A DNA stretch of 64,000 bases from Azolla caroliniana (GCA_043228905.1 JBHGNT010000002.1:2666001-2730000), one strand, 5' to 3'. Shown: positions 25,240 through 39,465, counted from the stretch's first letter. A program made the numbers and translations. Notes: generated from the sequence alone by a model not told the origin.

Positions 25240-25247
25240 CATTGAAG

Positions 25248-25315
25248 GTAACTCAAGTGACAAGAGTTTACCACTTGAATTATAAGGTTAAGGATTCAAA
25301 TCTAGCTAGGGGGAC
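25248..25315 (+). pseudogene. tRNA-like / SINE-head relic
   Basis: A-box-like TAACTCAAGTGA and B-box-like GGATTCAAATC at tRNA spacing; no acceptor stem. Confidence 0.4.
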
Positions 25316-26039
25316 ATGGTACTATGCATATTGCTAGCATCATCCTTCCTTGCTAAAACAAGGATAGGTGCATCTAAAAGAAAAGGTGATATCGCACATT
25401 AAAAGAAGCATCATTATCCTTATCCAACAAAGGAGCTCCAAAATGCTTGAAAGTGAGGAATAACTCTCATTGTTGGTTTCATAGAATCTGGAGTGCTCCT
25501 TAGCTCTCTAAAATGCTAGAAATAGAGGAATAGAAGTTGTTGGGTTTGTAGAATATGGGATCGGAGCACCCATGTTTTTGTCAATGCACAAATTACCATA
25601 GGATAGCAAATGGCGCACGTGAGAGATTTACGACGACAAAAGACATCGCGGTCATTGATCACAAACTAAAATACATAATCGCTTCATGAAATTAAATCAT
25701 TATATATTTCCAAAGACATTTGTAACGCATAATCATACACTGTGATGTACTTTTGGACGCATGAATCCAAGCACCATGAGAAAACTTACTAGTTCTTATC
25801 ATTATTCGACAAAGTCAATGATTGACATCATCATTAACCCGCATCTGAACACCAAGCTTAGGCCTCAATCATGAAAACATTGGGTACATCCTCTTCAGAA
25901 ATAGGTATTTGATGATACTGACTTTTAAAGTCAATCTCACTATATAGTTTAGTATTACCAATTGCATCAAGTTAATTATCAACATGAGCCATAACACAGA
26001 TATGTTTTACCGTAAATAGCCTAGATTCAGCAACTGGCT

Positions 26040-26895
26040 TAGGGATTATGAGAGATTAATTTTGATGTTTGGTTTATATAATGCACCCACAACAATCATG
26101 CAAATGCTAATGAAGTGTTTCGTCTGGTGTAAGGATAATTTTTTGTTTATATCATGGATGATATATTAGGGTTCAACAAAACCCTAGATGAGAATTGTAA
26201 ATATTTACATATAGTGTTTGGAAATTTAAAGACCATGCATTATATGTCAATAATAAGAAAAAATTCTTGTGAGTGGAGATTGTTGAATATCCAAGAGCAT
26301 AACATTCATCGAGGAGGTGTGGATGGATCCTTCAAATGTCTCCTTAATCCTAGCTTAGTGTGCACCGAGTAATATGTCATAGTTGATATATTATTTAGTG
26401 CTTTGAATGTTTTATTTTAAATTCATCCAAATACATGTTTCTCTAGTTGTCCTTTTGATAAATTTGTTGAAATCTAATGTAGTATATCATTGAAGTCTTA
26501 GTCATGACATATGCACTTGTGTTGAGAATGCTCAACCCATAATCATCGTACATCTTAGAGACTAATGTTAACGATGTAGTTGTAGGGGGGCGTCCATACT
26601 CGATGTGGCACATTGGTAGCTTTCGAGAGTAAGAAGCACTCTACATTGAGAAATAAGTGGCCCATGCATGTGATAATATTATATGCAATCATTCATGCAT
26701 TGGACACATAGTGTCACTACCTACATGGAGTTGATTCAAGGTCACGACAAATCAAGCCACTTTGAAGTAATTCTACACTTAACCGAAACTCTAGTGTCGC
26801 CGAGGTTAATGGGGCAACTTGTCCAAGAGTTCTATATGGATGTTGAGTATTATAGAGGCAATGATAATGTTGTGGTGGATGCTTTGTCTAGACTT
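26040..26895 (+). pseudogene. Decayed Ty3/Gypsy RT-RNase H
   Basis: FGLYNAPTT, MDDIL and YYRGNDNVVVDALSR remnants with many stops. Confidence 0.72.
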
Positions 26896-27365
26896 ATGTG
26901 CCAAAAGAGACGTCACAAGCTATGTGGGAAGCCCAAAAAGCAAACACCTTTGTTCAAAACATGTGATATTGGGCTATTCGAGAGGATTGAGTATTCATAA
27001 TCCAAGTAAGTCACAAAATTTGAAGGCTATGAGAGATGTTTATGCCTAAGAAAAACATTTGATCTATTATGGACAAACATAATATCTAGTATATAGAGTT
27101 TCAAGCAAACCAATGGAATATTTGATAAGGTGAATGAGGTCCCCATATGGTGAGTGAATGCTCAACTAAACATGAGTGACCTCACTCCCAAACCAACCCT
27201 CTTTGCCTAAGAACCAAGTCCAGGACATCATGGCTAGTGTACTCTTACTCTCGTTAGAAGTAATGAAAATGAGAGAAGCCAAGTTCCCATAGATCTTATT
27301 AGACATGATCACTTTACAAGTCATAAAATCGAGAGAATCCCGACCAACTCAAAATTGGCCACAAA

Positions 27366-28053
27366 TAGGGATTGGCAACGATTTGGTTTAGGCTTAGCCG
27401 GTTTGGCCTTATCCAAGCCAAACCGGCTAAGCCTAAACCGTTTAGGGGTTTCCAAACCTGAACCAAATCGATCCCTAAACCGGTTTATGAACCAGTTTGG
27501 GAGAAAACAACAATACTCTTACACTGAATATTGAACTTCATAACACAATTCTATTACAATTTATCATTGAACTTCATAACACAATTCCGTTACAATTTAT
27601 CATTGAACAACCCCCCCCCCAATATGCTCCAAATGTAGAATGGTTAGAAGGCTTAGAGAAAAACAACAAGAAAACATAAAATGAGAAATGCACTGTTTGT
27701 GTCGATGGAGTGGTCACTGTTTGTGTCGAGAGTCCTATTACCTAAGTCATCACGCTAGAGTCTATGTGTAGACAATAGACTTGTGACTCGTGACTAGTTA
27801 GAAGTTAAAACTTAGACTTGAGTCACCACTACTTAGACTTGAGTTAGAACTTAGATTCGTGACTAGTTAGAAGTTAGAAGTTAGACTTTAGTAATAAACT
27901 ACAGTAATTACTAATTAAATCACTTAAACGACTTAGACAGCTTAGACGGCTTGAGCCGGTTTGGCGAGGCTCAAGCCAAGTCGAGCCGCAAAGCCGATTT
28001 AAGCCAGTTAAGCCAAACGGTTTAGGCTTGAGCCGAGCCGTTGCCGATCCCTA
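27366..28053. mobile_element. hAT-like MITE
   Basis: TIR TAGGGATTGGCAACG / CGTTGCCGATCCCTA; 8-bp TSD gccacaaa / gctacaaa (7/8). Confidence 0.92.
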
Positions 28054-28296
28054 GCTACAAACAAAGACCCATCCAATAGATAGTATTTGGTCTATTGAAG
28101 GTATTTGGCCTTGTTAAGAATTAGGTAATTAAGCAAGGGTTAATTAGTACCTAATTGGAGGCTCTTAGAATCAGAAAAAAAGAAAGCTGTAATCCCCCCC
28201 TCCTCTGTTTCTGCTGTTACTCCTACTCTGTTTCTGTTCTTTTTTTGTGTGTGCATGTGTTCTGTAATCTGTATATGTGAGTGTTGTGGCCTGCAT

Positions 28297-28346
<50 letters not shown>

Positions 28347-28360
28347 GTAGTAGCTTGTCA

Positions 28361-31314
28361 ATGGAGGAAGAGAAGGCCGCAGCTTACTACCATGAGATGC
28401 TGAGAAAAGGGGGAGGCGCAGCACGGCTGAAGCAAGGCCTTGGGTTCTCCGATGCCGGCCCATCCTCCTCCTCGAACCCCAATTATGCCCTCAGTTTTGT
28501 GAAGGCAGACCCTGCGCTTAATTCGCAGGCGGAGAACGAGTCCGTACTAGCTTCAATTCGCAACAAGTTGAAGAAACACAATCATGACGATGCTGATGAT
28601 GGTGACACAGATAGGTCCTCACAGAGAGGAAGAGAAAGACATTGTAGTCCTGAACTGGACAGAGATATGGATAGATACCATGGAAATCGTCACCCACGAA
28701 TCAGTCGAAGTCGAAGTCGAAGTCCTCATTGTCATCGAGGCAGAGATACAAGTATAGATGATGATGATTGTTATGGGAGATTCAGCAAGAAGAGCAGCAG
28801 GAGACGGCAGCATCGAAATACAAGGAGCAGATCACCAGAATCAGACCGAAGTATATGTCCGACTGCAGCATCAAGGAATGATGAACATAAGGTATCAAAG
28901 AGGTCGAGTGTAAGGGGTTCATCACCTGAATCGTGTTCGAGAAGGTACAAAAGCAGAGATCATCATCATTCTCGGTCACGAGAAGGTAGAGATGGATCTC
29001 CATTCTTAGACAATAAAGAAAAGGTCGACTCCAGAAAAGAGAATTCAAAAAGTGCAAAGAAGGAAAAGTTACATACTTACTCCAACTTAATTCCGGGATA
29101 CGATGGCATGGTTAGTATTTGAAATTTTCAGTTTTGAAGGATCGTGTGAGATGGCGATTTGTGATTCTTTCTTTATTGTATTGCCAATTATGATCTTTCA
29201 CATGGAGTACAAATTTTCTGCAGACGGCTGCAGAAAAAGTCAAAGCAAGAATGAAATTCCAGCTTTCTGAGACTGGTATGTTTTGAAGTTTTTTGACAAT
29301 TTATAACATTTCAATCAGATAGGCACAGTATTATCTTTCAATGCATGATTAATCTCCTTGCGTCTAGGGAGTGTGTGACAAAAGTTATCTATCTAGTCGA
29401 TGGTATATTGAGTTGTTTTACAGATATAATAAATAACAATGTGATAAAGGACACGATGACAATTTAAACTTCGCAGTTGCTAAAGATACGTTGAAGGGAA
29501 CGAGGACTGAGTGGGAACGGTTTGATTTCAACAGAGATGCTCCTCTAGATGATGATGCTAAGCTTGACTACTTTGGAGGTTGATTTTTCCACTGTATCAT
29601 CTTGGCATCAAAATCTTTGTCCAACTCTTGTTTATCTTGTCAGTGTGATGTTATATTTCCAGATGGTACAGGAGCCCTTGACGATACTGGATTTCTTCAG
29701 AATACAGGGAGCACTCTCTTGTCGTCTGCAAGTCAAGTATATTCTTCATAGTGATTTGTTGCGTTGATCTCCTTGAGAAGCTGTTGATTTAATTGATCCT
29801 TACATGGATTTGATTCATGATTTGTGAAGGCAAGAAGAGAAGCACAAATACAAGCAGCTCATGATGCTGCCATTTTTGGTCCACCTCCAAGTATGTCTGG
29901 AATACAAAATGATCACCATGATCATACGAGGTTTTCTTTAAAAGAGCTAGATGAGGATATCAACAAACATAAGGAAGAGCAGACTCCGCCAATTACTAAT
30001 CTAGTCAGTGAACAGGTAGAATTCCTTCCATGTTTAATGTACTATGTAGGCATACATGCTTTAGGTTTCCAGGGGAAATGCCATGAAGTAAATGCAGTGG
30101 ATTGAGTTTCCTCTTATTTATTGTGCATTTTGGTTTTGCTTTGTCTGGGATCTAGGCTACTTTAGTATCTGAAGTCAATGTTTGATTCTTGATATTATTA
30201 AATTAAGCCAAATGTTTGAAGGTTTGAGGAAGACAAAGGTATATCTTGCAATTTTGCTGTGCTTTTACCTATTGTGAATCTCCAGTTATAATCTGCTAAA
30301 CCAGGCTGCCTGAAATGTTCAGTGTGTTTTTAACTTCTGGTCAATATCTGTACGTAGTAAGTGTAGACTTCTAGAATTCTCATCTTCATGCATCTTAATA
30401 GACCTAAGGCTCTATATAGTTTTAGAATCTGTATGTGAATCTTGAAGATTCTCTGCTCCTTGAAAATAATTGACAAAGTTAATGCACACATTGACATGCT
30501 CTAATTGTGCTGTATTATGTGTATCCTCTCCCAACATTAGCCATGAGGTTCCAAAAAAGCTGTGGATATTCATCCCTATGATCAACAACAGTAGTTTGCA
30601 AGCCGAGAATAGCAGAGATCATCTCCACCAAAGAGTAGTGCACTCTATATCAGGAATTCATGATGCTACCTCTGGAAGTCCCAGCTAACAAATACCATAT
30701 TTGTAGAATGTACTTATTCTTGATGCACCTAGTGGAATTGCAATCTATAGTCTACCATGGTCAATTGTTATCAGCAGGTGCAACACTTTGGGAGGTTGAA
30801 CCTAACAAATGTGTGGAAGTATGTAAAGATGCGTCCTGATGTGCATGATCTAAAATACGCCAGGAAAATTAATGGAGACTTTCTTTTTCTGTTGAAAAAT
30901 CTGTATTACTATAGATGAAAGCATAGAAAGTGCCATAGGTCGCAATAAATGTGCCTGACAATGGGGAAATGCATGAGAAGTATTACAAAGGTTATAAAAC
31001 AGTATATGCATGGTATTTACAAGATTGTTGCATTGGAGAAATATTTTCCACCAAGAATTTGGGAGGAATGGGGATTCCAAGTGCATTATGAAGTGATATA
31101 AAATCCCTCAAAAATACATAGTGTAATATTATACATCCTACTTCTTGTTCCCCCATAGGTGGCAACATGTCTTCTTTTATGTGCTTCAATTTATGCATAT
31201 TCTGATTTTTGTTTGTTTTTGTCTTCCAAACAGGTTTTGAGTATGCAACAAGGATCATGGCGACAACGAGCTACAAAGCTAAAGCAAGAGAGAGCTGCAA
31301 GTACCATCACTTAG
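28361..31314 (+). CDS. Conserved plant Arg/Ser-rich protein (possibly splicing-related); exons 28361-29110, 29224-29275, 29477-29578, 29663-29736, 29830-30015, 31234-31314
   Basis: N-terminus MEEEKAAAYY..LRKGGGAARLKQGLGF, RS repeats, C-terminal blocks AEKVKARMKFQL, WERFDFNRDAPLDD, AAHDAAIFG, QQGSWRQRA. GT-AG phases are consistent. Confidence 0.88.
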
Positions 31315-31939
31315 ACATCCTTATTTTGATTTTTGACGAACCTTATCATCCATCGTAATAGTCACCTATTTTCTTACTGGTATGATAATGACACATCCAT
31401 TGGTTTATGGAAAATCCCATTGAGAATCTGCTGCCTAATACAGTCGCTTGCAAACAATGCATCCTTGGGCATTGAAAGTGGTGGCATGTGAAAATATAGT
31501 CTTGTCCATCTATGCATAATGTTGTACATTGACATAAATGTTCATGAGCGTTAGCTTTCGATGACTGGAAGATTGTGTACCAGAGCTGGTGTCATAAGTA
31601 TTCCAATGCATTTGAAGTCTGATATAGGCATGGGATGGTATATCTGTCATTTCCATAGATAATAATAACCAACAAAAGCATCATCAAAATAGTCATTATC
31701 TATATACACTCTCCACCCGTTGTTACCAAAGATGCATGTGCTCATTATCACAATCTTGTTTAAGCCCATGAAATCCCATACATAAATGCTCATGATCAGA
31801 TTATTGTGTAAGGTCATAATAAATCATCATTCTGCCAAACATGCATTCATATTGACATCTTAAAACATGGAGATTAGGGTGAGGATATAGTAAGCCCTAA
31901 ACAACTTAATAGAGCTCAAGAAGGAACCTAGGCCTAGTG

Positions 31940-33325
31940 GGCAAATCAGCTCCTTGACACTATCAAGATGGCTGGCTAAAGCTCATGGAGAACATTGGAG
32001 AAGTTCAATGAGGTTATTCTTGAAGATGATTAGAGCCTCATTCAATGGAATTGAAGATCATACGTGGAAAAAGTTATGGAATCTCAGGTGAAAAGTAGTA
32101 AACGTGATTGGAGCAAGACTTAGGTGATAAATTAGGGAATAATGTAATCAAGATGATGTGGGGAGTGGAGAATTGGTATGATGTTGATGACTTTGTGGTT
32201 AAGTGCAAAGCAAGACTAATACCAAGGGGTATGTGTAGATGAAGGGAGTAGATTTTGAGGTATCATTTGCTTCAATTGCAAATAAATGACGAGTAACAGG
32301 TTGATGGATGTGTGGATGGATACTAATGGACAATAAGATTAGTGATCAATTGGTGTGTGCAAAAGAGAATTGCGTTTTGAGGAATTCTTTCTCTTACCAG
32401 AGCTCAATTTCTATAAATTTAATATAGATAGTTCTTGAACCGTGCTTGATTCAATATGAATTAAATACAGTAATTTGGGAGCATCCCAAGTAACATAGAC
32501 ATTGTATGATTGATTTTAATGGTGCTGAACTCAAGATACATCTGAGGGACAAAGAAGTGCTTATTACCTTCACCAACTATTGTCTCCTTAATCCTTAAAA
32601 GTGTCCAAAATGGAGCGTCTGTACAAGGTTCATGGATGTGTGGATACTAATGAACTATACTATTAGAGATGAATTGGTGTGTGCAAAAGAGAGTTGCGTT
32701 TTGAGGAATCCTTTGCTCTTACCAGAGAGCACGATTTCCATATTTTTAATATAGATAGTTCTTGAACCATGCTTTGATTGAATATGAATTAAATACAGTA
32801 ATGTGGGAGCATCCCAAGTAACATAGACATTGAATGATTGATTTTAATGATGGTGAATTCATTCTACATTAGAGGGACAAGGAAGTGCTTATTACTATCA
32901 CCTACAATTGTCTCCTTAATCCTTGAAGTGTTCAAAATGGAGCTTGCAAGGGAAGTTCCATAACAATGTAGGTCTATATGAAATTGATGACATTTGGAAC
33001 TTTGGTTAGCAATCTTCTATAAGTGCAAACTTTACCCTGTTAGATGGAAGTATTTAAACGTTCACAGTGGATTTGGAGAAGATTTAACATGCTGGGATGA
33101 ATGTTCTAAGATAGTTGAAGAGTATAAATAGATTTGCCAAGGGACAAGTTTTTCCATTGAATATTATTTCCCTCTAGGGTTTCAGATATTCTTTTGGAAA
33201 AGCATTAAGACAATCAATGTGTTATTGTCCTCACTGGAATAGGAATATAAGTGGGTTCACCATGCAAGCCCTATGGCTAAGGAAAATCTTATCATATGCA
33301 TAATCTTAGTTGAGGGGGCGTTATA
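31940..33325 (+). mobile_element. Ancient Copia RT-to-PPT remnant
   Basis: KCKARL..G..GVDFE-like remnant at 32200-32280 and PPT-like TTGAGGGGGCG at ~33310. Confidence 0.5.
32302..32944 (+). repeat. Tandem duplication, about 2 x 320 bp
   Basis: atggatgtgtgga...aattggtgtgtgcaaaagaga...gggagcatcccaagtaacatagac...aaaatggagc occurs twice. Confidence 0.9.
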
Positions 33326-35134
33326 GTAGCTCATGCAGATGATAAGGTGAAGATGACAATTATCCATTGGTTATCAATTTTGCAAATCTCTTGATGAAGT
33401 TTCTGGACTATTGAACTGATGACAAAATTGCCATAGAGCATTCAATTAGGAGACTAACAATAAGACGAAGAAGAAGATGTGGATGATGTAGGCATATGGG
33501 AAACCAAATGATGTAATGAGTTCGTAGAACTTAAGAAGATGATGTTGAAGTTCAAGAGACAATGTGATGTAGTGGTGTAAATAAAGCATTTTAATTAATG
33601 TTGTTAATGCTCTAGCACCAACGAACCTCTTCATTTAGGTCAATTGAGTGCATGATTGAGAATTAAGCGGATGTAATTTTTTTAGTAAGCCTAATACATG
33701 GCGAGTAAACTAAGATTGTTGGCACTTCCAAGCATTTGTTGCATATGTATCCGAGGATTTAGGATTATATGAGCTTACATTTTTATTCTGTCATCACTTT
33801 GTTGTAATTGGAGTTTGAATGTATTATTAGAGGAATACACTGTGTTTGTGTGAGTAAAAAAGCCACCAAATGCCAATGAACCTTGGATGAGTAAGAACGC
33901 TTAAGATAAAGAAAGGTGCATCAAGGAAGGAATAGCCTATTGTTGTAATAAATTGGTCAAATTAAAAAATAACGTAGACAATGGTGTAAGCATAAGAAAG
34001 GTAGGAGGCTATGCTAAATCTGGACAAGTGCAGCTATGCTAAAGATTTGTGCACAAAATTTGCAGGCCTTAAAACATCCCCCTGGGACATGAAAAGGATC
34101 TGCCACAAAAGGCATATAAAGTCATTAACCCAAACCGTCTTAAGATATCCTCAAATCTAAACCAAGCTGCCTACATGACCCACAACTGTTTCAAACCAAA
34201 TCAATAGGTTGTTAATGCCATGGTTTCATGGTTCAATTTTAGCTCACAATTAAACTGTTGCCAACTGCTTGTTATAACTTACAGTTTCGAGCTTCTAGAT
34301 TATAAATTTAATGTTATAAAAATGCTCCATAAACCATTAAAGCCAATAAAACCATGGTATCAAGCTGGATAAACTGTTAAGTCATTAAATCAAAATATAA
34401 TTTGAAACCTGGTTAAACAAAACTTTAAATAGTGTTCATTAAGAAGACAAATCCAAGAAGCTGATGTGTTATACAAACAGTTCTCTTCAGAAACAGCCAT
34501 GTTGTAATTCTCATCATAACCACCATCCTGTATGTACTGCCACTGTCCAAGACAATGCAAAACCATATTGTTGAAACATTACCGTTCTTGTGCAGAGTAA
34601 GCTAGTCTTATACCAGAACTTATTATGGATTACAGTTTTTCCAGGCACTGAATATGATAAAAGAAGCAGTACCAATGAGCATTATTACATTCCAATGAGT
34701 ACATCTTTCAATATTCAAGAAACAAATTTGGCCTCAGTATATAATATGATTTGACAGAGCATATATACATAACATAGTTCCATTGCATTATAATCAATCT
34801 GCCCTTTCTTTACAATGTTCCTCAAGTCCATTCTACTTATTGATTGTTTTCTCAAAAACGATATGGGCATCATCACCTTCATGCCAACAGAAAGACGTAT
34901 TTTGCATAAACATGAGCCTCACCTCATGTTAAAACAAAGGCATCTTACAAACATGAGATTTCATGAGACAGATGTCTAGCCATGATTTTTGGTAATAAAG
35001 TAAATACATCCCTAGCCATGACACTGATATGGCCATGGTAGATGATGATGATCCTCATAACAACTAGAATACAAGGTAAATTTATGAGGATTCACCTCAA
35101 ATGAGCGGATGGTAGAAAATCATTGGTTATATTA

Positions 35135-38100
35135 TCATCGCTGCTGTTGACGGTAATCTTGTCGATGAGGGGGGGAACCAGGAGGCATTTGATAAGTATG
35201 AGCGCCTGGGCCTCCTCGTGCATAAGCGTTATCCAGCTCATTGTACTGGCAAGCAAGAACTTCCATTTAGGCACCCACCCAGAGTTTTACCAAAAGCAGC
35301 TGTGGTGTTCATGGAAACTTACCTGGTCTGTCACATATGTCTGACCACTGTATGCACCTGAAGTTTGGGATAAGCCTTGAGGATTTGTGTTCCTGAACCA
35401 AACACAAGGAATATTTAAGGGGCAAATAAACGAAGTCATTTTGACATAAAAAACCATCTGCCTTACCCATACTGTTGTCCACGTCCAGTTCCAGCAGTGT
35501 TCGGACCCCTACCTCCACTGACAGAGGAGTAGGACGATCCTTGAGCATAGCTTGCACTTCCACCTGCATAGCCACCTCGAACTCCTTGAGCAACACCACC
35601 TGCAGGAGGATAGCCTCCACCACCTTGATATGAATTAGCTCCACCTTGGCCACCTCCTCGGTTCTGGTTCTGGTTATAGCTCCCTCGTGGCCCTGCATTA
35701 GGGGGGCGGCCAGCCTGCGGGTATCTTGCAGCCTGCGGACCCCCTGGGGCCCTTTGCCCTGCATATGAAGCCACAGAAGGTGCAACTGCTGCTGCTGGGT
35801 TGTGTACAGAGGTCTGATTTGGACCAGTCCGTAGTGGCATATGCCCTGGAATATTCTGCTGTGGTGGTGGCAGCCGACCGCCATGTGGAGGCTGAGCATG
35901 TTGTGTCTTCTGCCGCTTAGCCATGTCATCTTGCTGTTGTCTCTGCTGCTGACGCTTCCTTTTTGTTTGAAACTCATGAGAGGCTTCATATTTGGGTAAA
36001 CTGTAAATCACAAGGAATATGGTTAAGCCCCTCCCACGACCCTCTTCAATCACACATTACCAAAACCAAAAGACATAAACAAATGCTGTCATATGTACAG
36101 AAAAGCGTAAACTCAGCTTACACATACCTGTTGGGCTGACAGGGTAGAGGATCAGTCCAAAAGTATTCTGCATCCAAAGCATCTTTTGCTGATATTCTCT
36201 ACAAGCAGTGATAAACACGTATTTAGCATTTCGTATTAGTTTCAATGTCCAATACTGAAAAACAATTATACTAAGTGATATGATTTGTGCAATAGGCTGA
36301 AAGGACAACCTGGGTAGGATCCAAAGTAAGCATGCGCTCCACTAAATCAAGGGCATGCCGGTCAAAACTGCCCAAAGGATATAAACAATAGAAGTTGAAT
36401 GTAGAAAATGGGGAGGAATAGTAAGTAGTTTATTAAGGTCACTTTGATTTGAGCCATTGAATACAACGGATATTACTAGGCCATACTGCTTAAAAACTTC
36501 TCTAACTCGTCGCCTCATATGTTGAGGTGGTTTGAACTCTTGATACCATCGCAGTCTAGAAACGCCAGGCCAATTGCTCTCATCTGGAGATCCGCAAAGT
36601 TCAAATATCTTGCTTGCTTGTTCAAGCTGAAAATCATACGACATTCATCAGTACATACGCACAGATACACGAGATCCAGTCTACTCGTACAAAAGTACCC
36701 TCTTACTGAAAATCACCTCATTTTTCCCTGGTAGAATAGGTTTTCCATAAAGAAGCTCAGCGAATATACAGCCAACTGACCACATATCAACAGCCGGCCC
36801 ATACTTGGTAGAGCCCAATAGAAGCTCTGGAGGCCTATTATGAAAAAATGAATCAGACGGTGACACGTTAAAATTGCTGACAAGATTTGGGTATATCAGA
36901 GGATAATGTTTATGATATATCAATGTGTGTTCATACCTGTACCACAAAGTAATGACTCTATTGGTCAAATTGGCATTTTGATCATTGGAGAATGACCTTG
37001 CTAACCCAAAATCAGCAAGTTTTAATATCCCATTGTTATCAATGAGTAGATTGGATCCTGAATTCATTCAATTCATATGAATTTAAGGAGAGAACAAATT
37101 TGCAAAGCATGCTTACTTTATGCAAGCCAAGATATGTTAGTTAACTGTTAGGTGCTGGAATGTACAGGTGGAGAAAAACTTGAATCCAAACACATAAAAC
37201 TCTCAAAATAAAGAATATACAAAATGTATGCCTTTGAAGAATACTGCCACGACATTGACTACCCATGTTCAAGGAAAACAATACCTTTTATGTCCCGATG
37301 TAATACTTGATTAACATGACAATAATGGAGACCAATTAACAACTGCTTCATATAGCACTGCAGACAGAGCAATAGCAGTAGTTTATGTATTTGGCAAACC
37401 ACATAAAGAACCAAGTAAACTCATGAAAGCAGACCAAAACAAAGTAATCTGGAATACCTTCACTTGTGGTACTGTGAACCTCATCCCTGGACGGTCAGAT
37501 AATCCTGTTAAATCGTGATCCATATATTCAAAGACCATATATATGCTGCCTTTGTACTTGTTTCCATCTGCAATGGACAGCATGCACCAATTACATTACA
37601 AATATAAAAATATAAAAATGAAACTGAGAGTGCAGAGGGAATCGGGTGTTACCTATTTTCCCATGGTCATCTCTCTCAGGGCCTGCAAGAGATACTTCTG
37701 GCTCAATAAACCATACTGTAAAATAAAAAACCAAGGATAATAATATCTTTACCAGTCAAGTATTACCTGGGGAAGTCACTATCTCCTTCAGCTTTATCAC
37801 GTTTTCATGCTGCAATTTCTTTAGCAGTTTGATTTCCCGAATCGCAGTAATAGGAAACTAGATATAAAAGATCACTCAATCAAAGCTCATATCATGTATT
37901 GTATCGAATTTACCACATTCCCCTAAACAACTTGTGATATTTTCTGATGAGAAGTTCCCAAGAAAACATTGAGCGTGAAATGGGTACTTATATGAACATA
38001 GCATATCAATCACCATGCTGCATAGTGCACGTTATAGATGAAAAGATCCATGTTCGCAAGCAATGGTACAGCCTTACAAACAGATGCAATTCAGTTCAAG

Positions 38101-38740
38101 GGCACAGGCCCTCGTCATCTTCATTTTCAGTAATGCATCACATCAATGATGCATCTAATGCATACCAAATCTGAAAGAAAACAGTCTTGAGAACAGTTAT
38201 ACAAACGCTGTTCAAAAGAAGTTGAGAGACATACCCCTTCTCTTTCATTATCCATCCTCACTTTTTTCAAGGCTACAATATCTCCCGTCGCGATCTCTTT
38301 CGCCATATAAACTTGCCTGAAAAACAATTCTCACCATCACCACCACCACCACCATCATCATCACACGAAAAAGAAGAAGAAGAAGAAGAAGAAGAAGAAG
38401 CACTGATCCAACTATAAATCATACGATCAAACCCCGAGCCTCAGCATACACACAGTACCAGAGAAAACAAGTCCACTTAAACATAAACAGCATACAATGT
38501 GCAAAGAAAATATTCGATGAGATTAACACTATAGTACAAAGAAAAAAAGAGGAACGCAAAGAGAACAGGAAAACCCAAGAATTAAATCGTTACACAAAGA
38601 GAACCGGAAGGCAAAAAGATGGTCCGTTACCCATAGGTTCCCTCTCCGATCTGCTCCAGCTTCTCGAACACATCGACGCTACGAGAGCCCCAGGAGGGAG
38701 ACTCCTCCAGGTTGAGCTGACCAGGAGCAGCCACCGCCAT
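35135..38740 (-). CDS. CDKC: Cyclin-dependent kinase C (CDK9-like); exons 38740-38631, 38316-38235, 37857-37767, 37682-37653, 37567-37458, 37357-37285, 37057-36937, 36834-36717, 36626-36487, 36367-36310, 36198-36128, 36000-35467, and probably 35392-35323 and 35245-35135
   Basis: [61 protein letters not shown], Gly/Pro/Gln-rich tail. The last two exons are less certain. Confidence 0.95.
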
Positions 38741-38914
38741 GGCTCCTCTGTCTGTCTGTCTCGGAGCCTCTCCTCTGTCTCTGTCTCTGTCGCTGTCTCT
38801 GTCTCTGTGTCTGCGTCTGGTCTCTCAGAGCCCCTGCTCTGTCTCTCCGAACCAAAAACAGAGCAGGAAAAAAAGAACGCAAATCGGTTTATTATACTCC
38901 TGCCCCCCACTCCA

Positions 38915-39120
38915 TTTTCCTTATTTCCCGAAATGCCCTTGTCCACGACTTTTCCTTATTTCCCCCCAAAATACCCTTTGTCCACGATCTTCTTTATTTC
39001 TCCAAATGCCCTTGTCCATGACTTTCCTTATTTTTCCCCAAAAATAATGCCCTTGTCCACAATCATTCCTTATATTCCCGAAATGCCCTTGTCCACGATC
39101 TTTCCTTATTTCCCGAAATC
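38915..39120. repeat. Tandem repeat, ~5 copies of 35-40 bp, upstream of CDKC
   Basis: ttccttatttccc..aaatgcccttgtccacga is repeated. Confidence 0.88.
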
Positions 39121-39141
39121 TGAACTTCCCCACTTCGCTCC

Positions 39142-39465
39142 ATTCATCCCTCCCATTTTCTCCATTCTACGCATTGCTTCCATATACAGGTTCCTAAGGC
39201 ATGGCCAAGAGATCTTTGTTGTGCCATACCACTACCAATGGTCCTAAGGCATTCATTCACCGCTCCCATTTTCTTCGTTCTACATATTGCTTCCATATAT
39301 AGGTTCCTAAGGCATGGCCAAGAGGTATTTGTTGTGCCATACCACTACCAATGGTCATAAGGCATTCATTCACCGCTCCCATTTTCTTCATTCTACATAT
39401 TGCTTCCATATATAGGTTCCTATGGCATGGCCAAGAGGTATTGTTGTGTCATACCAATACCAAAG
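39142..39465. repeat. Tandem repeat, ~3 copies of ~113 bp
   Basis: cccattttc..ttctac..attgcttccatata.aggttccta.ggcatggccaagag occurs three times. Confidence 0.9.

Noticed and set aside
34170-34420. Possible decayed AACC-rich MITE
   Set aside because: No TIR pair or TSD could be identified.
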